Notes under the pieces: model-generated
The model's input: the letters and a program-made list of their open reading frames with translations, nothing else
Database searches by the model: none
Told to the model about the DNA's origin: nothing
Shown here: positions 1-7,459 of the stretch, one piece after another
Numbering within the stretch: position 1 is the stretch's first letter
How the letters are laid out: the number at the start of each line of letters is the position of its first letter
Assembly: GCA_041736305.1 (NCBI GenBank)
Contig: JBGSTX010000353.1
Location: 1-13,263, forward strand
Length of the DNA stretch: 13,263 nucleotides
Source of the DNA: Oligoflexus sp.
GTDB taxonomy: Bacteria > Bdellovibrionota_B > Oligoflexia > Oligoflexales > Oligoflexaceae
Reading direction: 5' to 3'
Position numbers and translations under genes: made by a program

Positions 1-1210
1 TTGCGTAGCACATAACAGACACGCAAACTATTGTCTCCGGGTCTGAGGTATCTAGCATCATCGTTTCAAAATTATGCTGAAGTCCTAAGGCGTGTCCCAG
101 TTCGTGAGCAGTCAATCTTGCGATTTCTCGGCTTATTTTGAGATCCAAAGGGTCTGAAGAAGATGGCAAGGGGTCATCTACAAATTCTACGGGAATTTGA
201 AATTCGAATCCTGGTACAATCATTTCTCCGGTTTCAGGGTCACTATTCGATCCGGCACCTGCGCCCATGATGCGCTGTTTGGGAATGCCAATTATATTCT
301 GACCAAGACTAAAAATTGAGCGCTTCATTGGCTCGCCCAACACAAACAATTTTCTTCCCAGTATCATGTTCCAATAATTGACGCCTGCGGCAATTCCAAC
401 TTGCACGGCCGGAGGAGTTCCCTCCTCCACATGCATTACGATCGGTCGATTTAAGTTCATTTTCTGAGCAAGATTATTATCATCGGTGAAGAATTGCTCG
501 GCTGCAGCCTCATCAGCCAAGACCAACGGCTCGTAGTCTAGGGATTTCTGCGGGATGGAAAAACTATACTGAACTTCGCAGATAAATGCCGCAGGAGCAT
601 AGGCGTCACGATATAGGCTAACCAATTTTAAGGCTTGGTTCACTAACACCTGCTCCCCATTAATGATCGAACGAACAGACGCGGTGCCGGGAACAATATC
701 AAAATCTTTTGGCTCAGGCTGGGCAGGCAACTTGATTCCATCTTCACTACCAAACGCATTTTCTCCCAGTATAGGATTGCCAGCCTCATCTCGCTTCGTT
801 TCCAATTCTGTGATTTTTGTAAAACCAGCTAGGAAATCAACAGTGATAAATGACTCATCCGCACTTAATATAGGCAGTGAAAAGAGCGTCGCGCCAGTGG
901 CCAAAGATTTTGCGATCAAAGTCTGCTCTACTACCTGAAACGAATAGTATTCAATTTGGTCGTGACTTGTGGTCCCCCAGATCTTGGTATTACCGCCCTC
1001 ACAAACAGTATTTTGTTTTTGAAATAATAATTTTATCCCATCTGCAAATTCTCGCGGGAATTTTACAAGCTGAGTCTTATCGATATTTTTTACAGAATTG
1101 GAGTCGGAATTGGAACCTTGACATTGAATCATCGATGCACTCAAGCTGAGCAAAATCGATAGTTTTACAAGGTGTTTTTTCTTAAAAAGCGCTGCCACGG
1201 GAAAGCTCAT
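1..1210 (-). CDS. Secreted or lipoprotein Zn-dependent metalloprotease (metzincin, EcxA/DUF4953-like); 3' end lies outside the window
   Basis: Manual minus-strand translation is open from ATG 1210 (MSFPVAALFKKKHLVKLSILLSLSASMIQC, signal-like) to base 1. It contains TAHELGHALGLQHNF (HExxHxxGxxH at 74-106), a Met-turn SVMCY, and the upstream motifs RPIVMHVEEGTPP...GVNYWN and DPETGEMI typical of this family. Probably absent from the ORF track because no stop lies in the window. Confidence 0.88.
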   Translation of the reverse strand, partial: MSFPVAALFKKKHLVKLSILLSLSASMIQCQGSNSDSNSVKNIDKTQLVKFPREFADGIKLLFQKQNTVCEGGNTKIWGTTSHDQIEYYSFQVVEQTLIAKSLATGATLFSLPILSADESFITVDFLAGFTKITELETKRDEAGNPILGENAFGSEDGIKLPAQPEPKDFDIVPGTASVRSIINGEQVLVNQALKLVSLYRDAYAPAAFICEVQYSFSIPQKSLDYEPLVLADEAAAEQFFTDDNNLAQKMNLNRPIVMHVEEGTPPAVQVGIAAGVNYWNMILGRKLFVLGEPMKRSIFSLGQNIIGIPKQRIMGAGAGSNSDPETGEMIVPGFEFQIPVEFVDDPLPSSSDPLDLKISREIARLTAHELGHALGLQHNFETMMLDTSDPETIVCVSVMCYA

Positions 1211-1421
1211 AATCAGGTGCGCTCCATTCTGGGAAGTCAAGGTAGTTTCATTCGTTCTGGATAAAAGCGCTCGCTTAAAAGATTCTTGAACGAGCTCAGG
1301 AACTCAATGCAAATTATGGCCCAGGGGTAACGTTCGAATATCTAAGATACTGTGAACTCAAACTGTCTATGTATTAACATGAAAGTGTCTGCCTTGTTAG
1401 GCGACTTTTAAATTAGGGCCA

Positions 1422-1532
1422 AAGGGAAGGTTTACCGACAAAGAAGAAGGGGCCAGTTACGAGGGGCTATCTTTTGTCAAGGAAGACCCCACGCTCGATC
1501 GGATGTTTCAAGGCGCGATCAACAGGCAGGTC
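1422..1532 (+). pseudogene. Possible internal fragment of an ISCR/IS91-family transposase
   Basis: Startless frame KGRFTDKEEGASYEGLSFVKEDPTLDRMFQGAINRQV resembles the variable acidic segment preceding RIAxGxRAG in these transposases. No hallmark motif is present. Confidence 0.3.
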
Positions 1533-1609
1533 CGCTGCTCAGCTTTTGCCTGCGGCTCCTCCTCGCATCGGCGGTGTCAGGATAAGAAGGGCAGTTGTCG
1601 GCACAGCAG

Positions 1610-2926
1610 TCAGTCTTGCCCTAACGCTTGGTGTATTTTAAGGGTTAAGGCTTGATTGATGCCGTGAGAAGTCATATTGCCAACAACACGACCCTGAAGA
1701 TTGTATCCAAGTAGAAAAAGGTCGCCGAGCAAGTCGAGAATCTTATGGCGAACAAATTCATCAGAAAAATTCAACTTGGTGTTGATCACCTTGCCGTCGT
1801 GGATAATGATGTGGGAATTCAAGTAGCCAGAGCCAACCATACCCATTTGCTGGGCAGTGTCGATGTTCTCGAAGGTATTGAAAGAGCGCGCTCGCGCTAT
1901 TTCTTCTTCGAAGGAGTGCTCGGCGGAATTAAAGCGGTATCGTTGCTCGAAAATAGGGGCAGGGTAGTCCACCCGCATCACGATTTCAAAACCTGCAAAG
2001 GGTTCGACGTAGATATATTTTTCGCTCTCCGCCTCGCCGCCTATGCTGATCTTTTTGAGTATGACGGCATCCAGGCGGTTCTTAGACTGCACCTCGATGC
2101 CAGCCTCAGCGATGATCCGGCAGAAATCAGCGGCAGAACCATCGATATTGGGAATCTCCTCATCGACCTTGATCGAGGCATTGGTGATTCCAAGCATATG
2201 CAGGGCTGCGAGTAGATGCTCGACCGTTCGTATGCGTCGTCCACCGCTGCTGAGAACCGTTGAGTTCGCCGTAAAGGACTTACCCTGACCAATTCGATCG
2301 ATATTTTCGAGGGACGTGATGTTCCCTGGTATCGCCACCCCATCGAGGGTCCTGAAGACGATCCCATAGTCGATGGGAGCCGGACTGATGATAACGCCCG
2401 TTGGACGACCCGACAGCAGCCCTACGCCATTGAGGACGGCGTTTCTGCGAACGGTTTTTTGTGCCTCTTTCGAAGAGGTCAAATAGGCTTCTTCACCCCG
2501 CATCAGCGTGAGGGCATGACTGGGAAATACACCCTCTGAACCTTGAGTTCTGACGTCGGTCACGGCTAGGTGAAGGGCAAGCTTCTCGAGCAGAACGTCG
2601 AGATTGATAGGCTTTTCTAAAAAATCACACGCTCCTAATTTCATGGCTTTAACGGCGGTATCTATGCCTGCATGCCCACTCATGAGCACGACAGGCAAAT
2701 TGGGGTATTCGGTCTTTAAAGATCTCAAGGCTTCGAGGCCATCGATTCCAGGCAGCCAAATGTCGAGGAGTATCAGGTGGGGGCGTTCCGACTTCAATCC
2801 TTCTTCTAAGGCTTCTGCGCTAGTAAAAGTCGATATGCGATAGGACTCGTCCATCAAGGCTGACCTAACTGCCGATAGAATAGATTCCTGATCATCGACG
2901 ACAAAAATAGTGCGGGTCTCTGACAT
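1610..2926 (-). CDS. lpxC: Response-regulator receiver domain fused to LpxC (UDP-3-O-acyl-GlcNAc deacetylase), 438 aa
   Basis: Start reassigned to ATG 2926 (MSETRTIFVVDD, GAGG upstream). Residues 1-120 are a REC domain with D11/D12, D55 (LLDIWLPG), S83 and K105-P. Residues about 156-435 are LpxC: QKT..GVGL.SG, APIDYGIVFR, TVEHLLAAL, EIP.IDGSA, IARARSF, DEFVRHKILDLLGDL, SH..N. Confidence 0.93.
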   Translation of the reverse strand: MSETRTIFVVDDQESILSAVRSALMDESYRISTFTSAEALEEGLKSERPHLILLDIWLPGIDGLEALRSLKTEYPNLPVVLMSGHAGIDTAVKAMKLGACDFLEKPINLDVLLEKLALHLAVTDVRTQGSEGVFPSHALTLMRGEEAYLTSSKEAQKTVRRNAVLNGVGLLSGRPTGVIISPAPIDYGIVFRTLDGVAIPGNITSLENIDRIGQGKSFTANSTVLSSGGRRIRTVEHLLAALHMLGITNASIKVDEEIPNIDGSAADFCRIIAEAGIEVQSKNRLDAVILKKISIGGEAESEKYIYVEPFAGFEIVMRVDYPAPIFEQRYRFNSAEHSFEEEIARARSFNTFENIDTAQQMGMVGSGYLNSHIIIHDGKVINTKLNFSDEFVRHKILDLLGDLFLLGYNLQGRVVGNMTSHGINQALTLKIHQALGQD

Positions 2927-3083
2927 TTTAAATCGAACCTCTACGGTTGAAGAAGATCGCGACGATCCTTGAGCAAAGCCATCATAGCAGACCTCCTTCG
3001 AACTTAAAATCCAATAAGTCATAATGACTATGTGGTGCAATATTCGGAGTCGGCATCGCTTTTAATTATGTACCGAGGAAGCA

Positions 3084-3290
3084 CCTCAGCAGAACATTGC
3101 CGTCATCCCGGATCTCGAGCCTGTCGTTGGAAAGAGGGCCACGCGGCATATATTGAGATAGTGCCGGGTGCCGGGTCATTGAGACCCAAGGCTTTGTCCT
3201 TATAGTGCTGGTGCAGCTCACACCGATGACGATTCCCTGGACCCTGCTCAGAAGTTTTCTGTTGGTTTGTAGCCAACAGCGCCTGAGAGG
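3084..3290 (-). pseudogene. Internally deleted, frameshifted ISCR/IS91-family transposase relic
   Basis: Reads PLRRCWLQTNRKLLSRVQGIVIG, then a +2 shift at 3220-3221, then ELHQHYKDKALGLNDPAPGTIS (the segment just before the QRxGSALN/HUH motif). This is joined directly to YMPRGPLSNDRLEIRDDGNVLLR, the catalytic-Tyr segment (compare YMARPPIT.DRLERTATGDILYK at about 11590-11660). Confidence 0.7.
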
Positions 3291-3315
3291 CTTTCAACAC
3301 CCCGCTATTATTACC

Positions 3316-3347
3316 TATCCAAAATTTCGGAATTTTGTTTATCCAAA
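3316..3347. promoter_or_regulatory. Operator-like dyad and direct repeat upstream of the patatin-like gene
   Basis: CAAAATTTCGGAATTTTG (3320-3337) is a near-perfect palindrome. TATCCAAA occurs at 3316 and 3340 in the AT-rich upstream region. Confidence 0.35.
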
Positions 3348-3412
3348 CTTTACATAGATATTTTTAAATCATCTCAAAGATCAATGAAAAATCCTAAAGT
3401 AAGGGAGTTCGC

Positions 3413-4975
3413 GTGCGAACCATCATCGGCATGTTTTTGCTTACCTCACTTCTACCAGCCTGTCGTACCTCAGAGTCAACAGTCAAGAGCAGTCAGCCTA
3501 GTGCAAAATCTCGTCTGGAAGAACCCAAAATCTGCGCGGCGATGCGCGGCAATGGTACGAAACTACCTGCCCTTTTCGGAGCGATGGCTCAGGTGGTGGA
3601 GCAGCACGGCGTCATCAGCCGCGTCGCGGGCGGAAGTTCGGCGTCCATAGCTAGCATGATGTACGAGAGCATGGCGATGAATCCCGCCGTCTGGCAATGC
3701 GGCAGCAGCGATTGCAGCGATGCTGAAGTGCAGGCTAGACTCTCGCTGCTTCTGAAGTCCCTTTCGGGTTTGGTCGACGGAATAGTCGAGTTGCCTGAAG
3801 GTCAGGCCCTGAACTACTTTAAGAATGTTGGTGAGCAGCTTACCCAGGACATGCGTAGTATCCGAAGCGTGGATCCGGCTGCGATCCGTGACAATATGCT
3901 TACCCTCTTGGGGGGAATAGGACAGCTTAAGGGTTTAGCTAATCCAGAACTACGCCGCTACCTCGGTTTCAATGCTTCGCTACAATATCGCATCGATCAG
4001 ATCAAAAGTACCATAGGCAACCTCGGCAAGTTCGAGGCTACGAACGATATTATCTTCTATCGACCAGGCCTCCTCAACTTTCATACGGTAGCCCGCATTT
4101 GGGGGCGCTTAGGTGCTTTCTATGCATCCTATGCCCCTGCCGATAGCAACAGCTGGAAAACTTACCTGGACCAGTGTGCAGAGCCTAACCGAGGCAAACT
4201 TTGGACCGAATTCTCCCCTAGTTGCAAAAGCAGTTTTGCAAAAATGCTCGCTGGCTTCTTCAAGCAAGCTCCCGGGAAAAACCGAGCGGACGATAATGTT
4301 GGTGGATTCGTTAGGTCTTACATTTCGACGGCAGTCATCCTTGATGCACCAACGATCAAAAAATTCACAGATGCCGAAGATGGCTTCTTCAAAGGTCGCC
4401 CGAAGTCTCTAGGGCGGGTCTACGATCAGGTGCGTTTTGGCTACTGGGGTGATTCCGATGACTTGAGCAAAGCAGCGGCCAAAGCCCAATCTCCCACTTT
4501 GCGTGAGAATCTGCACTGGCAGAAGTTTGTGGCTCTGGAACCAGCGAGCTGGGAACAGGCTCTAGCAACCTCGCCGGCAGAACCAGGGCTGGCCAGTATT
4601 CAGCCTTTCAAAAACGGTTCCCAAGACGCGCTATCCTTCGGTGGTTGGGCTAATCTCTTTCCAGCCCAACTTTTGAAAGAAGGGGCGGAGTGTCGCGACG
4701 TCTTTTTTATTACACGAATCGGAGACACGGCTTTTGATGTCGAGGTGAGCAGGCTGCTGGGCATCAATGAAGACGAGCAAAAGGCTCTTTACGACCACTC
4801 CAATCCCATGAGCTCGGTAAAGCAGTCTATTGCCAGCGCTGACCACGTTATTTGCACCGACTGGGATAACGTCGACGCACCAGGGGTAGCAGGAATCGAA
4901 GCCCTGATGCGAGAAGGTTACAGCAAAACAGCCTTCAGCCGCGAGCAGCCGTCGAAGCAGATCGGATGCTATTGA
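3413..4975 (+). CDS. Lipoprotein with divergent patatin-like motifs, 520 aa
   Basis: GTG start after GGGAG; lipobox LPAC. Motifs occur in patatin order: MRGNG (oxyanion-like), VAGGSSASI (nucleophile elbow), ALATSPAEPG and SFGGWANLFP (DGG position). Confidence 0.7.
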   Translation: MRTIIGMFLLTSLLPACRTSESTVKSSQPSAKSRLEEPKICAAMRGNGTKLPALFGAMAQVVEQHGVISRVAGGSSASIASMMYESMAMNPAVWQCGSSDCSDAEVQARLSLLLKSLSGLVDGIVELPEGQALNYFKNVGEQLTQDMRSIRSVDPAAIRDNMLTLLGGIGQLKGLANPELRRYLGFNASLQYRIDQIKSTIGNLGKFEATNDIIFYRPGLLNFHTVARIWGRLGAFYASYAPADSNSWKTYLDQCAEPNRGKLWTEFSPSCKSSFAKMLAGFFKQAPGKNRADDNVGGFVRSYISTAVILDAPTIKKFTDAEDGFFKGRPKSLGRVYDQVRFGYWGDSDDLSKAAAKAQSPTLRENLHWQKFVALEPASWEQALATSPAEPGLASIQPFKNGSQDALSFGGWANLFPAQLLKEGAECRDVFFITRIGDTAFDVEVSRLLGINEDEQKALYDHSNPMSSVKQSIASADHVICTDWDNVDAPGVAGIEALMREGYSKTAFSREQPSKQIGCY

Positions 4976-5002
4976 TATGAACACTTTTTGAACGGCAGCA
5001 TC

Positions 5003-5467
5003 TCAGTGGGTCAAAAGTCTGCTGCACTTCATCGCATCTCGGACCTTTTCCCAACGAATGTTGTGCAATAAGCCCCTATCCGGCTTATTGCTATTCATAT
5101 TAAAGACCAGAGGCTTGATCGTAAGTTTGCCGAAGTTATAGGAATAATTTAGCGATACCGCATGGGTTCCCTTGAGTTGGACTTGAAAGATACTGCGCAT
5201 GTTCGCACTGAGTTCGCTAGCCTCCACTGGATCGATGTGCGAAATATTCAAGAATTTGAAGATATCCTTCGCATGATATTCCCTGACTATTTTGTCACAA
5301 GATCTCAAATATTTTTGATCGCGAGCTGCCTTTATCCAGAGCTGGATCACATAGTCCGAGGTTCTCTCATCTATACTCTCAGGAGGAAGAATCACAATCG
5401 TCTTACAAGCGATGGGATCTAAAGCAGGCATGGTCTGGCAGCCCAAAAGTAGCAGCAAGGGACACAT
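5003..5467 (-). CDS. Hypothetical lipoprotein, possibly degenerate
   Basis: Lipobox LLGC at residues 7-10. The frame stays open upstream to an ACG at 5521 that has an AGGGAAG RBS. The C-terminus ends abruptly near the convergent gene. Confidence 0.5.
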   Translation of the reverse strand: MCPLLLLLGCQTMPALDPIACKTIVILPPESIDERTSDYVIQLWIKAARDQKYLRSCDKIVREYHAKDIFKFLNISHIDPVEASELSANMRSIFQVQLKGTHAVSLNYSYNFGKLTIKPLVFNMNSNKPDRGLLHNIRWEKVRDAMKCSRLLTH

Positions 5468-5639
5468 TAGCCAGTCGATGCCCTTGCTGATTCTCCAAAA
5501 CCCAAGGTCGTGGGTCAGCGTATGTTACTTCCCTAATAGGACTTCGCTGCCTGGCCTTGCCTGGATCTATGATGAGGGCGGTGAACTGCTTGCCAAGAAA
5601 GACGGGTCAACATCTGCCTATCTGCACTTTGTGGGTTTT

Positions 5640-5744
5640 CAGCTGACGCAGGCTTTGCCGATCATCACGGCTCACCCTGCGCGCGGCGTGCAGACTGAAG
5701 CCGGATAAAGCTACGCACTGAGGCCCCTTAAACTCCGGGCTCCC
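5640..5744 (-). pseudogene. ISCR/IS91-family transposase fragment
   Basis: GSPEFKGPQCVALSGFSLHAARRVSRDDRQSLRQL. The peptide ALSGFSLHAARRV is identical to the relic beginning at 11509, although the codons differ. Confidence 0.85.
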
Positions 5745-5870
5745 CGCAGGTCGTGAGTGCGCGCTCAAAATCAGAGGCCAGATTCAGGCAAAAAGTCTCG
5801 GGAATTGAGCGCTCAGACTCTCAACAGAAAAGCCAAGAAAATTTCATTTTTAGTGTCTTTTCAGAGGTTT

Positions 5871-5935
5871 TAGACAGCTGTCTATCTTTTACTCAATGTA
5901 TTGAGTAAAATCAAAAGAGTGATTGAGTAAAATCA
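5871..5935. promoter_or_regulatory. Operator-like array upstream of the AAA_14/DUF4143 gene
   Basis: Perfect palindrome TAGACAGCTGTCTA (5871-5884); perfect 11-bp inverted repeat TTTTACTCAAT-gt-ATTGAGTAAAA (5887-5910); 14-bp direct repeat ATTGAGTAAAATCA at 5900 and 5922, ending at the RBS. Confidence 0.7.
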
Positions 5936-5946
5936 GGATGTGACTT

Positions 5947-7125
5947 GTGTATAGACGACAACTAATTGATACTATTATGAAAAGACTGATTGAACCGCGT
6001 TCTTTCATTCAAATCCTCTTAGGGCCGCGCCAAGTCGGCAAGACCACTCTGGTGATGCAGCTAGAAGAGAGCAGCGCGGTACCGCAGATCTATGCCTCGG
6101 CCGATGAAGCACAGACGCGCGATCGGCACTGGCTGGAAACACAATGGCAACGCGGAAGAGTGCTTGTCGCAGGCAAGGGCAAAGCAGTTTTGGTTATAGA
6201 TGAAATCCAAAAAGTTTCAGATTGGTCTGAGACTGTAAAAGCCTTGTGGGATGCAGACAGCCGCAACAAGATTCCATTGCATGTCTTGTTGTTAGGAAGC
6301 ACGCCACTATTCGCCGCACGTGGGACGACGGAAAGCCTCGCTGGGCGCTATGAGACAATATATGCCCCTCATTGGTCGTACATAGAGATGGCAAATGCGT
6401 TTGCTTATTCATTTCCTGAGTATCTCTATTATGGTGGATATCCTGGATCTGCTGTCTTACGTCATGAACCTCAGCGTTGGCGGCGCTATATACGAGAATC
6501 CATTATTGAGGCTACTGTATCAAGAGACTTAATGGCTACCGTGCGAATCGATAAGCCGGCACTGTTACGCAATTTATTCTTCCTGGCTTGCCATTATGGA
6601 GGAAGAATACTTTCCTACACTAAAATGCTTGGACAGCTGAACGATGCAGGCAATACCACAACTCTTGCCCATTACCTCGATCTCTTGGCTCAATGCGGAT
6701 TAGTATGCGGGCTGCAAAAATTCAGTGGTGAAAGTGTCCGATCCCGAGGATCGAGCCCTAAACTACTTGCCCTGGATCCCTCTCTTATTACCGCCAATGA
6801 TGAACGAGAAGCTGCCGATTGGCAGCAAGACCCCGAATCTATGGGTCATCTTATTGAAAATATAATTGGTTCCCACCTGTGGCGTGCGTCGAAAGAAAAA
6901 GGTCAGCTGTATTATTGGAGTGAAGGTAAATGGGAGCTGGATTTCGTTTATACAATTGGTTCCAAGATACTGGCTATCGAAGTTAAAAGTGGTCAACGGC
7001 AACACTCGCTGTCTGGACTTACAGAGTTTAAAAAACGCTACCCGGAATGCCGCTCTCTGATTGTTGGCTCAGGTGGTGTGCCGCTTGAAGAATTTCTCGG
7101 TTCCTCGCCTTGGGATTGGCTGTAA
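5947..7125 (+). CDS. AAA_14 ATPase with DUF4143 and a C-terminal PD-(D/E)xK nuclease-like domain (COG1373 type)
   Basis: Walker A GPRQVGKT, Walker B LVIDEIQ, LLGS, ESLAGR, YLYYGGYPG, TLAHYLDLL, SSPK, C-terminal ELDFV...LAIEVKSG. Confidence 0.92.
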   Translation: MYRRQLIDTIMKRLIEPRSFIQILLGPRQVGKTTLVMQLEESSAVPQIYASADEAQTRDRHWLETQWQRGRVLVAGKGKAVLVIDEIQKVSDWSETVKALWDADSRNKIPLHVLLLGSTPLFAARGTTESLAGRYETIYAPHWSYIEMANAFAYSFPEYLYYGGYPGSAVLRHEPQRWRRYIRESIIEATVSRDLMATVRIDKPALLRNLFFLACHYGGRILSYTKMLGQLNDAGNTTTLAHYLDLLAQCGLVCGLQKFSGESVRSRGSSPKLLALDPSLITANDEREAADWQQDPESMGHLIENIIGSHLWRASKEKGQLYYWSEGKWELDFVYTIGSKILAIEVKSGQRQHSLSGLTEFKKRYPECRSLIVGSGGVPLEEFLGSSPWDWL

Positions 7126-7229
7126 GAGAAGTGCTGTAAAGCTGGTTACTGAGAAGAGAATGAAAGCTTCCGATGCGGTAAGTTGGGAAAGTGAGTTCGA
7201 TGAGAGGCAACAAAGGCTTTTTGCCCACG

Positions 7230-7458
7230 AGCTTCCAACGCTTCGCTGTCGGTTGCATAAGAGTATTGAGCACGGCCGGTATCATGCAGCAGGGCATGTT
7301 CGGGCCCTACGGCTGGATAGTCGAGGCCGGCTGAAATGCTGTGCGTATCCTGCACCTGACCATCATCATTTTGCAAAAGCCAGGTAAGAGTGCCATGCAA
7401 AACTCCGAGCACACCCCCCTGCAAAACGAGCCGCATGCTGGCCAAGAACGTTCCCATG
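7230..7458 (-). pseudogene. trpB: Internal fragment of tryptophan synthase beta subunit with a frameshift
   Basis: [15 protein letters not shown], then a +1 shift in a G6 run (7414-7419), then [61 protein letters not shown]. This is the TrpB [16 protein letters not shown] signature. Both ends of the gene are missing. Confidence 0.92.
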
Positions 7459-7459
7459 T

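Noticed and set aside
1401-1424. Minus-strand FGPN(L/F)KSR resembling the transposase FAPNFKRR motif
   Set aside because: Only about 24 bp and needs an indel; indistinguishable from chance.
663-2843. Short ORFs 663-938, 877-1149, 1745-2215, 2041-2367, 2043-2288 and 2604-2843
   Set aside because: Antisense or alternate-frame shadows of the metalloprotease and REC-LpxC genes.
2927-3040. 38-aa N-terminal extension of the REC-LpxC ORF from TTG 3040
   Set aside because: It has no domain-like content. ATG 2926 has an RBS and sits right at the REC boundary.
5412-5708. Plus-strand ORF containing WIYDEGGELLAKKDG (YD/RHS-like)
   Set aside because: Only one short motif, and the ORF overlaps the lipoprotein start and the antisense of the ISCR relic. 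It may be further debris but cannot be assigned.
5887-5935. CRISPR-like or iteron array
   Set aside because: Only two direct copies 8 nt apart, and no cas or rep gene.
7028-7457. ORFs 7028-7297, 7061-7387 and 7146-7457 as real genes
   Set aside because: Explained by the trpB fragment and its shadows. ORF 7146-7457 is chimeric because of the frameshift.
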